A stretch of 64,000 nucleotides of DNA from assembly GCA_039799905.1 (NCBI GenBank), contig JBDLRP010000045.1:32564-96563 (forward strand). Reading direction: 5' to 3'. This DNA is from Pseudomonadota bacterium (GTDB taxonomy: Bacteria > Bdellovibrionota_B > Oligoflexia > Silvanigrellales > Silvanigrellaceae). Below the pieces are notes generated by a model. The model worked only from the letters and a program-made list of their open reading frames with translations. It was not told where the DNA came from and searched no databases. A program made the translations under genes and the position numbers. Below are positions 46,990-55,826 of the stretch, piece after piece (the stretch's first letter is position 1; every line of letters begins with the position of its first letter).

Positions 46990-49476
46990 ATGGGAACCTC
47001 ATCCACGATTCTTTCTCCGTATATCAATGGCCGGTTTCTCAAACTTGAAAAACCTGAACGCATTTTTCATGCGAACAATCCTGTCAAGCCGCTAGATGTG
47101 CTGGCGGTTACTGGCTGGAACAAGGATCTCGTCGGTGAAATTGTCGACTCTGCGAAGCGAGCACAGGTTCAGTTTGCCGCACAATCGCTTTCGTCGCGCA
47201 TGCAATTTGTCAATTCAATCATAAGCAACCTCAGGCAGAGTGCCGATGAGTTGCGCAGTCAGATGATGCTTGAACTTGGCCGCTCGCGTTGGGCGGTCGA
47301 ACGCGAGTGGGAGCTGTGTGAGGAGATCTTCCGCCACCTACCGCGTTTCTGCTCAGACGAATTGTCTCCGCAAAAGTCAGAGCTTGGTTGGAATTGGACC
47401 TATGCTCCCGTCGGTTTGGTGCTTATCAGCACCAACGTCGCGCTACCGGTCTACACTGCGCTTTTCAGTATTCTGACGTCACTCGCTGCTGGCAATTCAG
47501 TTTGTTTCCGGCCTTCGGCCCATTGCCCGTTGTCGGCATCGTTGATTGCAAGCTGCATCCATCAGGCGAATCCCCCGGCTGGACTCGTTCAGGTTGTCTA
47601 TGGTGACCTGGAAGTTTACCGGAGGCTCGTTCTGTCTCATCAGTTCGATACAATTTTTTATACCGGTGGCGAGGAATCTCTTGAACAGCTGCGGCGTGAC
47701 ATGTCGACCGACCAGAACGTGCGTCTGGTTTTGTGCGGCGGTGGTAAAAATGCTGCGATTATTTCTGCGGATGCGAATCTTGATGAATGCGTCCAAAAGG
47801 TTCTACTTGGTGCCTGCTTGGATGCGGGGCAGCGTCTCGAATCTACAGGTTTGGCTTTTGTCGACCATCGGGTGGTGGACGCGTTCGTCGACAAATTTGT
47901 GAAAGCGGTCAAGCAGATGCCAATTGGAGTTAAAAATGAGCTCGCCGACCCGACGCAGCATGTGATGGGGCCGCTGTGCAGTCAAACTTCTTGGGATCGG
48001 TTTCTCCGTTTTCAGGGCATCGCAGCGCGTGAGTCCGGTGAAACGCTGCGCTGGGGCAAAGCCATCGATAATCCGGGCGGCGGTTTTTTTGTCTCGCCGG
48101 GAGTGCATTTGCTCAGCAATGACAAAATAAAGAGCAGCGTCTACGCCTCGAATGCCTTCTTTGCTCCTGATGTTGCCATTGTGCCCGTAGACAGCATTGA
48201 TGCGGCCGTGCAGACCATCAACGATCTCTCCAGCTCCCGGTCGGTTTCGGTCTTTTCACACAACGAGTCAACAGTGCTGAACGTTCGCCGACACTGTGTT
48301 GCTCCGCTTGTTCTCAATGCACAGGCGACGACCGAAATGCATCCGCTGATGCCCACCATGGGACGCGGCAAGGCAGGCAATTCGTGTGTGATGGGACTCC
48401 GCTTCTTGCATCACACTGTCTATCCGCAGACGCTCAATATGAATTCGACTCCGACAGCATCTTCGCCGGGCAGCACACCCGCAAAAAGCTCTTCCGGAAA
48501 TTTGAAGTCAAGTGTTTCCAAGGGCAGCAAGGCGCTCGGAGCGTTGATTGCAATGGTGAGTCTCGCCGGTGGATTCCTGTCCGCAGAGGCGCGTGCGGAC
48601 TATCGCAAATCAGTAGAAGGCAATGAAGTCGTCAAAGGCAAGTTCTACACAAAGAAGGGCCGCATCCAGCTGAATGGTGGCGGGGGGCTGATTCTCAACC
48701 AATCGTTCATCAATACCTTTCTTTTCGGTGGTTCGGGAACCTACCATATCGATGAATGGCATGGCATCAACTTTGAATTTCTTGTCGGCAAGTCATTCGA
48801 CAAGAGCGACCGTGTCTGCGTCGAGAATTTTTATCTCGACACTGACTACGCAGCCCGTAATGCGGACCAGAATCCCGGGGCTGCTGCATCTTGCCCGCAA
48901 GGGTTGCCTGCCACCAGCGCTCCCAAGGATGCGGCCGTTTTGGAGCCCGGTTACGGTTCGCCTGAAGAAGGGACACAGGATCAGAAAAAAATCGACATCA
49001 ACCCGAAATATTATGAGACCCGCGCACCGTTTCAGAAAAATGCCGCATACATGCCAATCCGCGAAATCAATTTTTTGGGCGCGGTCAATTATCAATGGAC
49101 TCCAGTTTACGGTAAATCCCTGTTCTTTCTGTCTCAGGTTGTCTACCTTGATTTTTACCTAAATGTGGGAGCAGGGCTCGCTTTCAGCAATTTCTATCCG
49201 CTCAAGGATACACTTGAGGTTGACGGCAAAACCGTGAACATGAAAGACGTCGGGACTACCGACAGCAACCAGTATGGAGTTGAAGGACGACCCCAGCCAC
49301 TCGCACAAACCAGCCCGATGGCAAGCTTTGCCTTCGGCAGCCGCTTTTACATGGCACGGCGCTATCTCATCGACATCCAGTTGAAGAATTTTACCATCAT
49401 CGGCAGCGACGGACGCGGTGGCACAGACTTCAGCGCGCCATTGTCGCTGACCGGTGGTATCGGACTCCTGCTCTGA
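46990..49476 (+). CDS. Degenerate aldehyde dehydrogenase domain fused to internal signal peptide and outer-membrane beta-barrel
   Basis: ALDH fold motifs (APVG, LAAGNSV, PAGLVQVV.G, GGKNA, GQR, MGPL, GGFFVSP); barrel motifs (FY.K.GR.QL, N..F, YH.DEW, WTP.YGK, DFY..VGAG); ATG 46990 after GAGGA. Confidence 0.8.
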   Translation: MGTSSTILSPYINGRFLKLEKPERIFHANNPVKPLDVLAVTGWNKDLVGEIVDSAKRAQVQFAAQSLSSRMQFVNSIISNLRQSADELRSQMMLELGRSRWAVEREWELCEEIFRHLPRFCSDELSPQKSELGWNWTYAPVGLVLISTNVALPVYTALFSILTSLAAGNSVCFRPSAHCPLSASLIASCIHQANPPAGLVQVVYGDLEVYRRLVLSHQFDTIFYTGGEESLEQLRRDMSTDQNVRLVLCGGGKNAAIISADANLDECVQKVLLGACLDAGQRLESTGLAFVDHRVVDAFVDKFVKAVKQMPIGVKNELADPTQHVMGPLCSQTSWDRFLRFQGIAARESGETLRWGKAIDNPGGGFFVSPGVHLLSNDKIKSSVYASNAFFAPDVAIVPVDSIDAAVQTINDLSSSRSVSVFSHNESTVLNVRRHCVAPLVLNAQATTEMHPLMPTMGRGKAGNSCVMGLRFLHHTVYPQTLNMNSTPTASSPGSTPAKSSSGNLKSSVSKGSKALGALIAMVSLAGGFLSAEARADYRKSVEGNEVVKGKFYTKKGRIQLNGGGGLILNQSFINTFLFGGSGTYHIDEWHGINFEFLVGKSFDKSDRVCVENFYLDTDYAARNADQNPGAAASCPQGLPATSAPKDAAVLEPGYGSPEEGTQDQKKIDINPKYYETRAPFQKNAAYMPIREINFLGAVNYQWTPVYGKSLFFLSQVVYLDFYLNVGAGLAFSNFYPLKDTLEVDGKTVNMKDVGTTDSNQYGVEGRPQPLAQTSPMASFAFGSRFYMARRYLIDIQLKNFTIIGSDGRGGTDFSAPLSLTGGIGLLL

Positions 49477-50606
49477 TGGCGATTTTGGTGGTGCCTCCCA
49501 CTCAGGTCATTCCGTTTGATTCTGAGCGCCTCGTCAGGCATCAACAAACCATGGATGAATTTCGTTCATCGCTTGCCAAGCAATGGAATGCAACCGCAGG
49601 TGATGAAGTTAAATTCGGAGCCCACCGCCGCACCCGTGACTACAAATGGAATGAATCGTTTGATGGGATACTTCGCACCTATTTTGTTTTTGCGGGCAGC
49701 GGAAAAACAGCCGACACAGAAGTCGCGCGCATCGCTGTGCTCTTTCGCAAGGACAACTGCCAGATGCTGGGCAGCAGCGTTGTCTGGGGAGCCGAATGGA
49801 AAAACTCTCTGCCCGTGGATTTAAAGGCTACGGAGTCGACGAATTTTGCAGCAGCCTCGAGCCGCAAATTCGACGTGAGAAAGTCACCGTTGCGTCTGAG
49901 CCTCGAAACTTTTGGTTATTGGGGACCATCGCTCGCGTGGTTGAGTGAGGCGTTTGTCGGTGAAAAGCTCTCTGCCGAAGGCTACATTGTGCACTCAGAT
50001 TTATCCGGACTGACCTGTTTTCGTCAGTCTGCCGGTGCTCAATCGGATGCGGGTGCGAGTGGAACTGTTGGCGAGAAGGTTGTCGGGGCAGACTCGACTG
50101 CGCAAAAGTCGACGGTGCAGGGCGCGCCATTATTGAAGCGCGGACATCGTCAATTGCGGATGCGGCTTACGGGCAAGAAGCCGGACCAGACTCAAAAGTG
50201 GCCGCTCATGAGTGGCCAGTTGAAGATTTTTTCACTTCCCTTCAATGCTCCTCGAAAGTCGGCTGAACTGACATCCGGCAAGCCGGAGCCATTCAATCCT
50301 GAGAAAATCGCTGCGCTGGCTGTCGAGGAAATTCGCAATCACACTCAGAATCTTGATGACAAGGCAATAAAAGTCACTCGCCGGGAAGGGCGCTTTGTGA
50401 CTGTGGATCGCGGCGCGGCATTTGGTTTGAAGATCGGCATGCATCTGACCGGTCCGAATGGTTCTGCGCTCCATGTGATCCGCTTTGATCCTGCCGCCGG
50501 AAGCGATGACGCCGCTATTTTGCTGATTCGAAAGGATTCTTCGGGGCAGCCTCTCGGCGAAGGTGCAGTCTTGCAAGTCGACGGCACTCAATATCCCGCC
50601 CGCTGA
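49476..50606 (+). CDS. Hypothetical protein, C-terminus resembling FlgT C-terminal-like domains
   Basis: TGATG overlap with the upstream gene; V.VDRG...GLKIG.HL motif. Confidence 0.6.
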   Translation: MAILVVPPTQVIPFDSERLVRHQQTMDEFRSSLAKQWNATAGDEVKFGAHRRTRDYKWNESFDGILRTYFVFAGSGKTADTEVARIAVLFRKDNCQMLGSSVVWGAEWKNSLPVDLKATESTNFAAASSRKFDVRKSPLRLSLETFGYWGPSLAWLSEAFVGEKLSAEGYIVHSDLSGLTCFRQSAGAQSDAGASGTVGEKVVGADSTAQKSTVQGAPLLKRGHRQLRMRLTGKKPDQTQKWPLMSGQLKIFSLPFNAPRKSAELTSGKPEPFNPEKIAALAVEEIRNHTQNLDDKAIKVTRREGRFVTVDRGAAFGLKIGMHLTGPNGSALHVIRFDPAAGSDDAAILLIRKDSSGQPLGEGAVLQVDGTQYPAR

Positions 50607-50636
50607 GTTTCAATTACAATGCGGGCTCTTGGGTTG

Positions 50637-52301
50637 TCATTCAGGTTTTCCGACACGGACCTTTTGCAGAGTGGTGCTGCCTGAAATCGCGGGCTGCGAG
50701 TTGTTGTCCTGAGCAGCCTTTTTGACTGAACTGAGTTGCGTCGCGATTCCAAGCTGCGCAAGCCGCGATTCGAATTCCTTGTCGCGTCGAAGGTTTTCCA
50801 AATCACTGTCGGTTCCCGCTTGATCGCGCAGGATGTCACTCATGAAAACCGCCGTTTTCAAACTTTCAAAGGCTTCAGATTTTCGCCCCAGGAGGCTCAG
50901 CAGACAAGCTTTGTTGTAGTGGTACGGAGCATGTTCGGGCTTCTGTTTGATGGCTGTTTCAAAGTCGCGCAACGCAATCTCATATTTGGTCGCCAGATAT
51001 GAAGCCTGACCGCGGGCCGAATAGAGATCGTCGCGTTCCGGTGCCAGAGCGATGGCCGAACTCAGGTGTTCAACTGTGCTCTGATAATCCTTCATCTGCG
51101 ATGCAATCATTGCCAGCGCAAGATGTGCGTCTTCAAGAAGTGGGTTGTTGAGGGCGGTTCTCTGCAGGGCAGAGGAGATCAACGCCAGCTGGTTGCTGTC
51201 CCGAAAAGTCTCAACAATCTGCGCAACCCGCGCTTCGTTGCTGATACTCAATTCCAACGCACGCTCCGCATGCAGTTTTGCAAAGGGCAAATCATTTGCA
51301 GCAAGGTGCGCGAATGCCGCGTGACTTTCAACTAGTGCGCGCGAATCGTCGCTCAAAAGGCGTTGCGCGCCTATGACTTTTATCAATGCCTCGAGTCTTT
51401 GTGCTGCGGCGCGAGGCGTCTTCATTTCCTTATATTCGAGAATGGCGAGCTGTAACGGACTCTCGAGCGTATTTCCGAGTGCGATGGCTCGCTCGAACGC
51501 GTGTTTTGCAGAGTTCCAGTTTTTTTGTCCGGCATATGCCATCGCTGCCCGGTGCCAAAGCCAGCGGTCCGGATAGACCTCCGCAAACCGCTGCAGTGCC
51601 TCGCCACTCTTTTCCTCTCCGTGAGCCCTGACAATCGCGTTGCCGATCCACGGAGAGAGTTCTTGTACTGAGTAGCCTTTGGAAATCGCATTCTGGGCCG
51701 CTACAAGGGCACGCTGAGGATCGACTTCTGCCCAAAGACGCGCATCAAAGGCGAGTGTTTCGATGTGCTCGGGATAAACCTGCCGTGCGCTTGTGTACAG
51801 TCTGAATGCTTCCGTCTGTCGGCCAATCGTCAGCAGGACCTCAACACCCAAGTACTCGCCCACCGGACTGTTGGGTTCGAGTTCCTTACTTGACTCTGCC
51901 ATCGCGGCAGCACGCTGCAAAGCTGATAGACCAGCGCGCCCCAAAGAATAATCGGTGAGCCATAGGCGGCCGAGCTCTGCGTACGCTTCTGGGCAGGTGC
52001 GGCAGATTCGCGTTGCTTCTACAAGGTGCTGTTCGGCCAACGATCTCTCTTCGGGGACAGCATTTGCTAGCAAAAGCTTCGCAAGATCGACGAGTTTTTT
52101 TGCCTTCTGAGATGGGCTGTTGTTGAAGCCGGACTGCTGTGCTGCCTCTGCTGCGAAAGCATTTGGACTTTTTTGCGCAACAAGCGCTAAAAAGCCGATG
52201 GAGCACAATTGGATATTCCTCCGCAATGCCCGCACACCCACCTCGTGTCTGTGTGAACATCCTCTCTGTCGCAAGAAATTCAACAGAGTCGGGACGATCA
52301 C
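50637..52301 (-). CDS. TPR-repeat protein, probably exported
   Basis: Multiple TPRs; terminal YNKAC...LG....A...L..A........A..DSDL..LR...F motif. Confidence 0.85.
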   Translation of the reverse strand: MIVPTLLNFLRQRGCSHRHEVGVRALRRNIQLCSIGFLALVAQKSPNAFAAEAAQQSGFNNSPSQKAKKLVDLAKLLLANAVPEERSLAEQHLVEATRICRTCPEAYAELGRLWLTDYSLGRAGLSALQRAAAMAESSKELEPNSPVGEYLGVEVLLTIGRQTEAFRLYTSARQVYPEHIETLAFDARLWAEVDPQRALVAAQNAISKGYSVQELSPWIGNAIVRAHGEEKSGEALQRFAEVYPDRWLWHRAAMAYAGQKNWNSAKHAFERAIALGNTLESPLQLAILEYKEMKTPRAAAQRLEALIKVIGAQRLLSDDSRALVESHAAFAHLAANDLPFAKLHAERALELSISNEARVAQIVETFRDSNQLALISSALQRTALNNPLLEDAHLALAMIASQMKDYQSTVEHLSSAIALAPERDDLYSARGQASYLATKYEIALRDFETAIKQKPEHAPYHYNKACLLSLLGRKSEAFESLKTAVFMSDILRDQAGTDSDLENLRRDKEFESRLAQLGIATQLSSVKKAAQDNNSQPAISGSTTLQKVRVGKPE

Positions 52302-52385
52302 TCTCTAGGGGGATCTATCGTCAGCACCTCAAGTTTGCTAAAGGGAAAAAGTCTGTTCCTTATCTGCAGCGCCAAAGGTGAGGCG

Positions 52386-53066
52386 ATGAATTTCTTAGTT
52401 CCGCTCTTGCTGGAATTTTTCTGGAAACTCTGGACTTCGACCATTCGTTTGGAAGTTCAGGGGCTTGAAGCAATTGACAGCGACCGCAAAGCAGGGTTCG
52501 TTCCAGTCTTTGCGGTTCCCCATCACGCCATTCTTTTGAGTGCCCTCGCTTATCAGGGCAGGCCCGCCACATTGCTGGCGAGTCTCAGTAAGGATGGCGA
52601 ATTGGCCTCGCGTTTTTTGGCTAAAAGAGGCTTCAAACTGGTCCGTGGTTCATCAAGCCGCGGCGGTAAAAAAGCTCTCACAGATCTGCACGATGCCATC
52701 CGCGAAGGGCAACCCGTCGCGATTACCTTTGACGGTCCACGCGGACCGCGGCTGATTCCCAAGGCGGGTGTCGCTGTGTGTGGCTGGCACGCGACCGGGG
52801 GGGTCTACCTTGTGAAAGCCGTCGTTCACCCTTCGCGCATCATTGGTGTGAAGCTTTGTCTGCGGCTTAATTCTTGGGACCGTTTTGTTATTCCACTTCC
52901 GTTCTGTCGGCTGCATGTTGTATTTGCGAAGCTCGATTTGCCCGACAAAAAGCAACACCCACTCGAGGAGTGGGTGAGCCATACACTTCTGCAGATCCGT
53001 TCGGATGCTGAGGCATTTTACGCGGAGCCGTCCGGTGAATCAGTGTCCGAAGCCGGCAGCACCTAA
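52386..53066 (+). CDS. DUF374 / lysophospholipid acyltransferase-family protein
   Basis: S.SKDGE, G...VRGSSSRGG, TFDGPRGP, SWDRF.IPLPF. Confidence 0.88.
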   Translation: MNFLVPLLLEFFWKLWTSTIRLEVQGLEAIDSDRKAGFVPVFAVPHHAILLSALAYQGRPATLLASLSKDGELASRFLAKRGFKLVRGSSSRGGKKALTDLHDAIREGQPVAITFDGPRGPRLIPKAGVAVCGWHATGGVYLVKAVVHPSRIIGVKLCLRLNSWDRFVIPLPFCRLHVVFAKLDLPDKKQHPLEEWVSHTLLQIRSDAEAFYAEPSGESVSEAGST

Positions 53067-54086
53067 GTCGGGACGTCCGCCGAGTCCTTCTGGCGTAACG
53101 CGGTCCGGATCCGGTTTTTCGCCAAAGTCGCAGTAAACAACATTTCTTCCATTTGCCTTCGCGGCATATAAGCACTTATCTGCGCGGGCGACGACGTTGT
53201 CGCGGGTGTCGTTGAGGTCGGCGAACATGCTCACACCTACGGAAGTGCTCACCGGCACGCGTTTACCTTCAAAAATGAACTCATGCTCTTCAATTGCAGT
53301 GCGGAATTTCTCTGCGACGTGGCAGCATCCCTCGCGGGTCGAGCCGAACACCACTACAAGTATTTCCTCGCCGCCGTAGCGTCCGACAATGTCAGTCTTG
53401 CGTGAAACAGCTTTGAGAATTTTCGCTGTCTCCACAAGCACAAAGTCACCAGCCTGATGTCCGAATGTGTCGTTGATGCTCTTGAATTTGTCGAGGTCGA
53501 ACATAAGGATGCCTATCGACGGGGGCTGATTGATCTCCTTGAGTTTGATCATGGCCGTATCAATCTGCTCCTCGAAATATCGCCGCAGATACAGGCCCGT
53601 CAGCGGATCGGTCACACTTTGAATTGATTTTTGTTCATACTTGCCCTGCAAGTTGGTTTCAGCCGTCACGTCGCGAAGCAGGATGCACGCGCCAATGAAT
53701 TCACCCTTGCTGTCGAAGAATGGGTAACTCCCGACGATCAGCCGGTACATCTTTTCCCCATTTTCACGCGACGCTTGGATCTCATCGATACGCAATGGCC
53801 CGGCAGCGTTCAGGATCTCATCAACCGCTGTGCCCACTCCGCTTGGATTCGGCATAGTGATGAGGTCATCAATCGTGCCGAGCTTCTTCACATCAATGGC
53901 TTTGACCCCAAATGCTGCGCAGAGACCCTGATTGAATTTGAGGATCTTGCGCTGCGAGTTGATGAGCACGAAGCCGTCGAGGAAAATTCGGGTGAAATCC
54001 CTGAATACCTCAAACTTCGCTAGAAGCTCAGCATCTTTGCGCTCTTGGTCTGATATGTCCCTGATGGGAATTGCGACTGCAGACAT
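53040..54086 (-). CDS. PAS-GGDEF diguanylate cyclase
   Basis: TDPLTGLY.RR, DLDKFKSINDTFGH..GD, RKTD I-site, RYGGEEI, AD..LY.AK..GRN. Confidence 0.93.
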   Translation of the reverse strand: MSAVAIPIRDISDQERKDAELLAKFEVFRDFTRIFLDGFVLINSQRKILKFNQGLCAAFGVKAIDVKKLGTIDDLITMPNPSGVGTAVDEILNAAGPLRIDEIQASRENGEKMYRLIVGSYPFFDSKGEFIGACILLRDVTAETNLQGKYEQKSIQSVTDPLTGLYLRRYFEEQIDTAMIKLKEINQPPSIGILMFDLDKFKSINDTFGHQAGDFVLVETAKILKAVSRKTDIVGRYGGEEILVVVFGSTREGCCHVAEKFRTAIEEHEFIFEGKRVPVSTSVGVSMFADLNDTRDNVVARADKCLYAAKANGRNVVYCDFGEKPDPDRVTPEGLGGRPDLGAAGFGH

Positions 54087-54117
54087 TCAACATGCCTCCC
54101 TGTGCTTGCGAGGGAGG

Positions 54118-54144
54118 CTTCGGAGCAGATTGGGCGGAACTTTA
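54118..54144 (-). promoter_or_regulatory. Candidate sigma28 promoter of the diguanylate cyclase
   Basis: TAAA-N16-TCCGAAG on the minus strand, upstream of the GGGAGG SD. Confidence 0.4.
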
Positions 54145-54195
54145 GGACTGTTTCATGACCGGTAGAAATCTTTCGGCGGCACTCTGACGTCTGCC

Positions 54196-54669
54196 TCAAC
54201 GCATCAAAAATGCGAAATATTCTTCTTCAAGTTCTTCGGTTTCCATGGGCGTACCGGTATCGGGACAATTTGGCGCCGGAGGGATGGTTTGCGGCGCGAG
54301 GTCTTTGGTCTCAATCAGCACGCGGTGGGTTTTGTTTGTCGCGGTTGAGACGTAGTTGACGTAAAAGCTGATAATTGACGCTTTGCCCAAAAAGCTCGGA
54401 ATCATGTTTATTTGCATAATGATGTCGGGAATGCATTCGGCAAAGTAAACCACACGGCCGGCGGCACCGTCGACACTGCGCAAAAACGTCACCCAAGCGC
54501 GTACTCCCAATGAGTTCACGGACTTGACTTCGCGGAAGTTGAAAATAACCATTTTTGCGCTTTCGAGTTCCTGCGCAACCTTCTTGAGAGGGAGCTCGGC
54601 GTCTTCGTTGATCACTCCTGAAAGTGTGACCCAGTGTGCCCCATTGTGTTCTTGTACGACGTATTCCAA
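54196..54669 (-). CDS. STAS-like protein (myxobacterial/Bdellovibrio type)
   Basis: LSGVINED, V..VNSLGVRAW..F, C...II.QINMI..F, EEYFAFL; TTG 54669 after GGAGGG. Confidence 0.75.
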   Translation of the reverse strand: MEYVVQEHNGAHWVTLSGVINEDAELPLKKVAQELESAKMVIFNFREVKSVNSLGVRAWVTFLRSVDGAAGRVVYFAECIPDIIMQINMIPSFLGKASIISFYVNYVSTATNKTHRVLIETKDLAPQTIPPAPNCPDTGTPMETEELEEEYFAFLMR

Positions 54670-54842
54670 GTGATATCCCTCCCTGTTGAGCCCACGGATG
54701 AATGCGCGACCCTGTCTGTCCGACTTGACAATCTGATGCCCACAATCGTACACCGATGGCGTCCAGCGTGCGACCCGACTTAAGTCTACTCGGAATCAAG
54801 ACTCCGACAACAGTCCGGTGTAGCAAGGCTGACATCCTAAAA

Positions 54843-54929
54843 GCCCAGATGGCGGAATCGGTAGACGCAGTGGATTCAAAATCCACCGATCGCAAGGTCG
54901 TGAGAGTTCGAGTCTCTCTCTGGGCACCA
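54843..54929 (+). tRNA. tRNA-Leu (anticodon CAA)
   Basis: GCCCAGA/TCTGGGC acceptor stem, GTGGA-TTCAAAA-TCCAC anticodon arm, long variable arm, GTTCGAGT T-loop, encoded 3' CCA. Confidence 0.97.
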
Positions 54930-54975
54930 CATTTCATGTTCATATTCACAAAAACGAGCTCGGTAGTGCGCCTGT

Positions 54976-55734
54976 TCAGACGGCAGGCTGTTGGTGCTGT
55001 GTTTTGGCAATAATGACTGTCACATTGTCGCGTCCACCATTTTGAAGTGCTTTCTCAATGAGTGCGTGGACAATTTCTTTGGTGGGTTTTTCACGCATGC
55101 GTGTCAGAACATCATGGATAACGTCGTTTTCCACTTCGCGGGTGAGTCCGTCGGAACACAACAACCAGACGTCCCCCTCGCGCGAATCAATGGTGATCAC
55201 ATCCGGCTCGCAAAGGCGCGACGCCAAAATGCAACGGGACAAATAGGCAGCACCGGGACTGCGTGAGGCTTGTTCGCGATTTGCTCCTCGTCTGCGCAAT
55301 TCGGTTTCGATCACTTGGTCCATTGTGACCTGAAATAATCGGTTCTCGCGCAGCAGATAAATTCTGCTGTCGCCAAGGCTGGCCAAAATGATCTGATTTT
55401 CGTTGCGGATCCATAGCAGGAGTGTCGTGCCGAGGTCGGATTGTTCGGGATGCGACTTGACCCAATGCTTCAGGCTCTCATTGGCCGCAACGGCACAGCT
55501 CTGGGCCAGCTCTTCTGGCCTTGGCAGATTCGACCAATCGCTTTCGTTGAGTGTGCCTATCACGGCATCCACGGTCAGTTGGCTGGCAATTTCACCACCG
55601 GAATGCCCACCCATACCGTCGGCTAGTATCAAAAAACGGCCGCGCGGGTCGCCATAGTAGCTGTCCTGATTCTGTGAGCGCACTTTGCCTTGGTCGGTGG
55701 CACCCGCCCACGAAAGGCTCCAGTTCACTGCCAT
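54976..55734 (-). CDS. PP2C-family Ser/Thr protein phosphatase
   Basis: TD.G.VR..NQD, ADGMGGH.GGE.AS, GTT, GDSR.Y, LCSDGL, GGRDNVT. Confidence 0.95.
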   Translation of the reverse strand: MAVNWSLSWAGATDQGKVRSQNQDSYYGDPRGRFLILADGMGGHSGGEIASQLTVDAVIGTLNESDWSNLPRPEELAQSCAVAANESLKHWVKSHPEQSDLGTTLLLWIRNENQIILASLGDSRIYLLRENRLFQVTMDQVIETELRRRGANREQASRSPGAAYLSRCILASRLCEPDVITIDSREGDVWLLCSDGLTREVENDVIHDVLTRMREKPTKEIVHALIEKALQNGGRDNVTVIIAKTQHQQPAV

Positions 55735-55826
55735 AAGGGCTCTGATCCTTTGAGTGTGGTTGTGAATTAGCTTCCCTGAATGGTACACACTGTCGGTGCA
55801 AAACCAAAATTTACGTGGGGGACGCC

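Noticed and set aside
54755..54842. Structured RNA or tRNA remnant upstream of tRNA-Leu (GGTGTAGC motif)
   Set aside because: No cloverleaf or T-loop could be built; more likely leader or promoter sequence (TTGACA at 54725).
54843..54929. tRNA-Leu as an integration site for an island or prophage
   Set aside because: No integrase, no duplicated tRNA 3' end noticed, and the flanks are ordinary genes.
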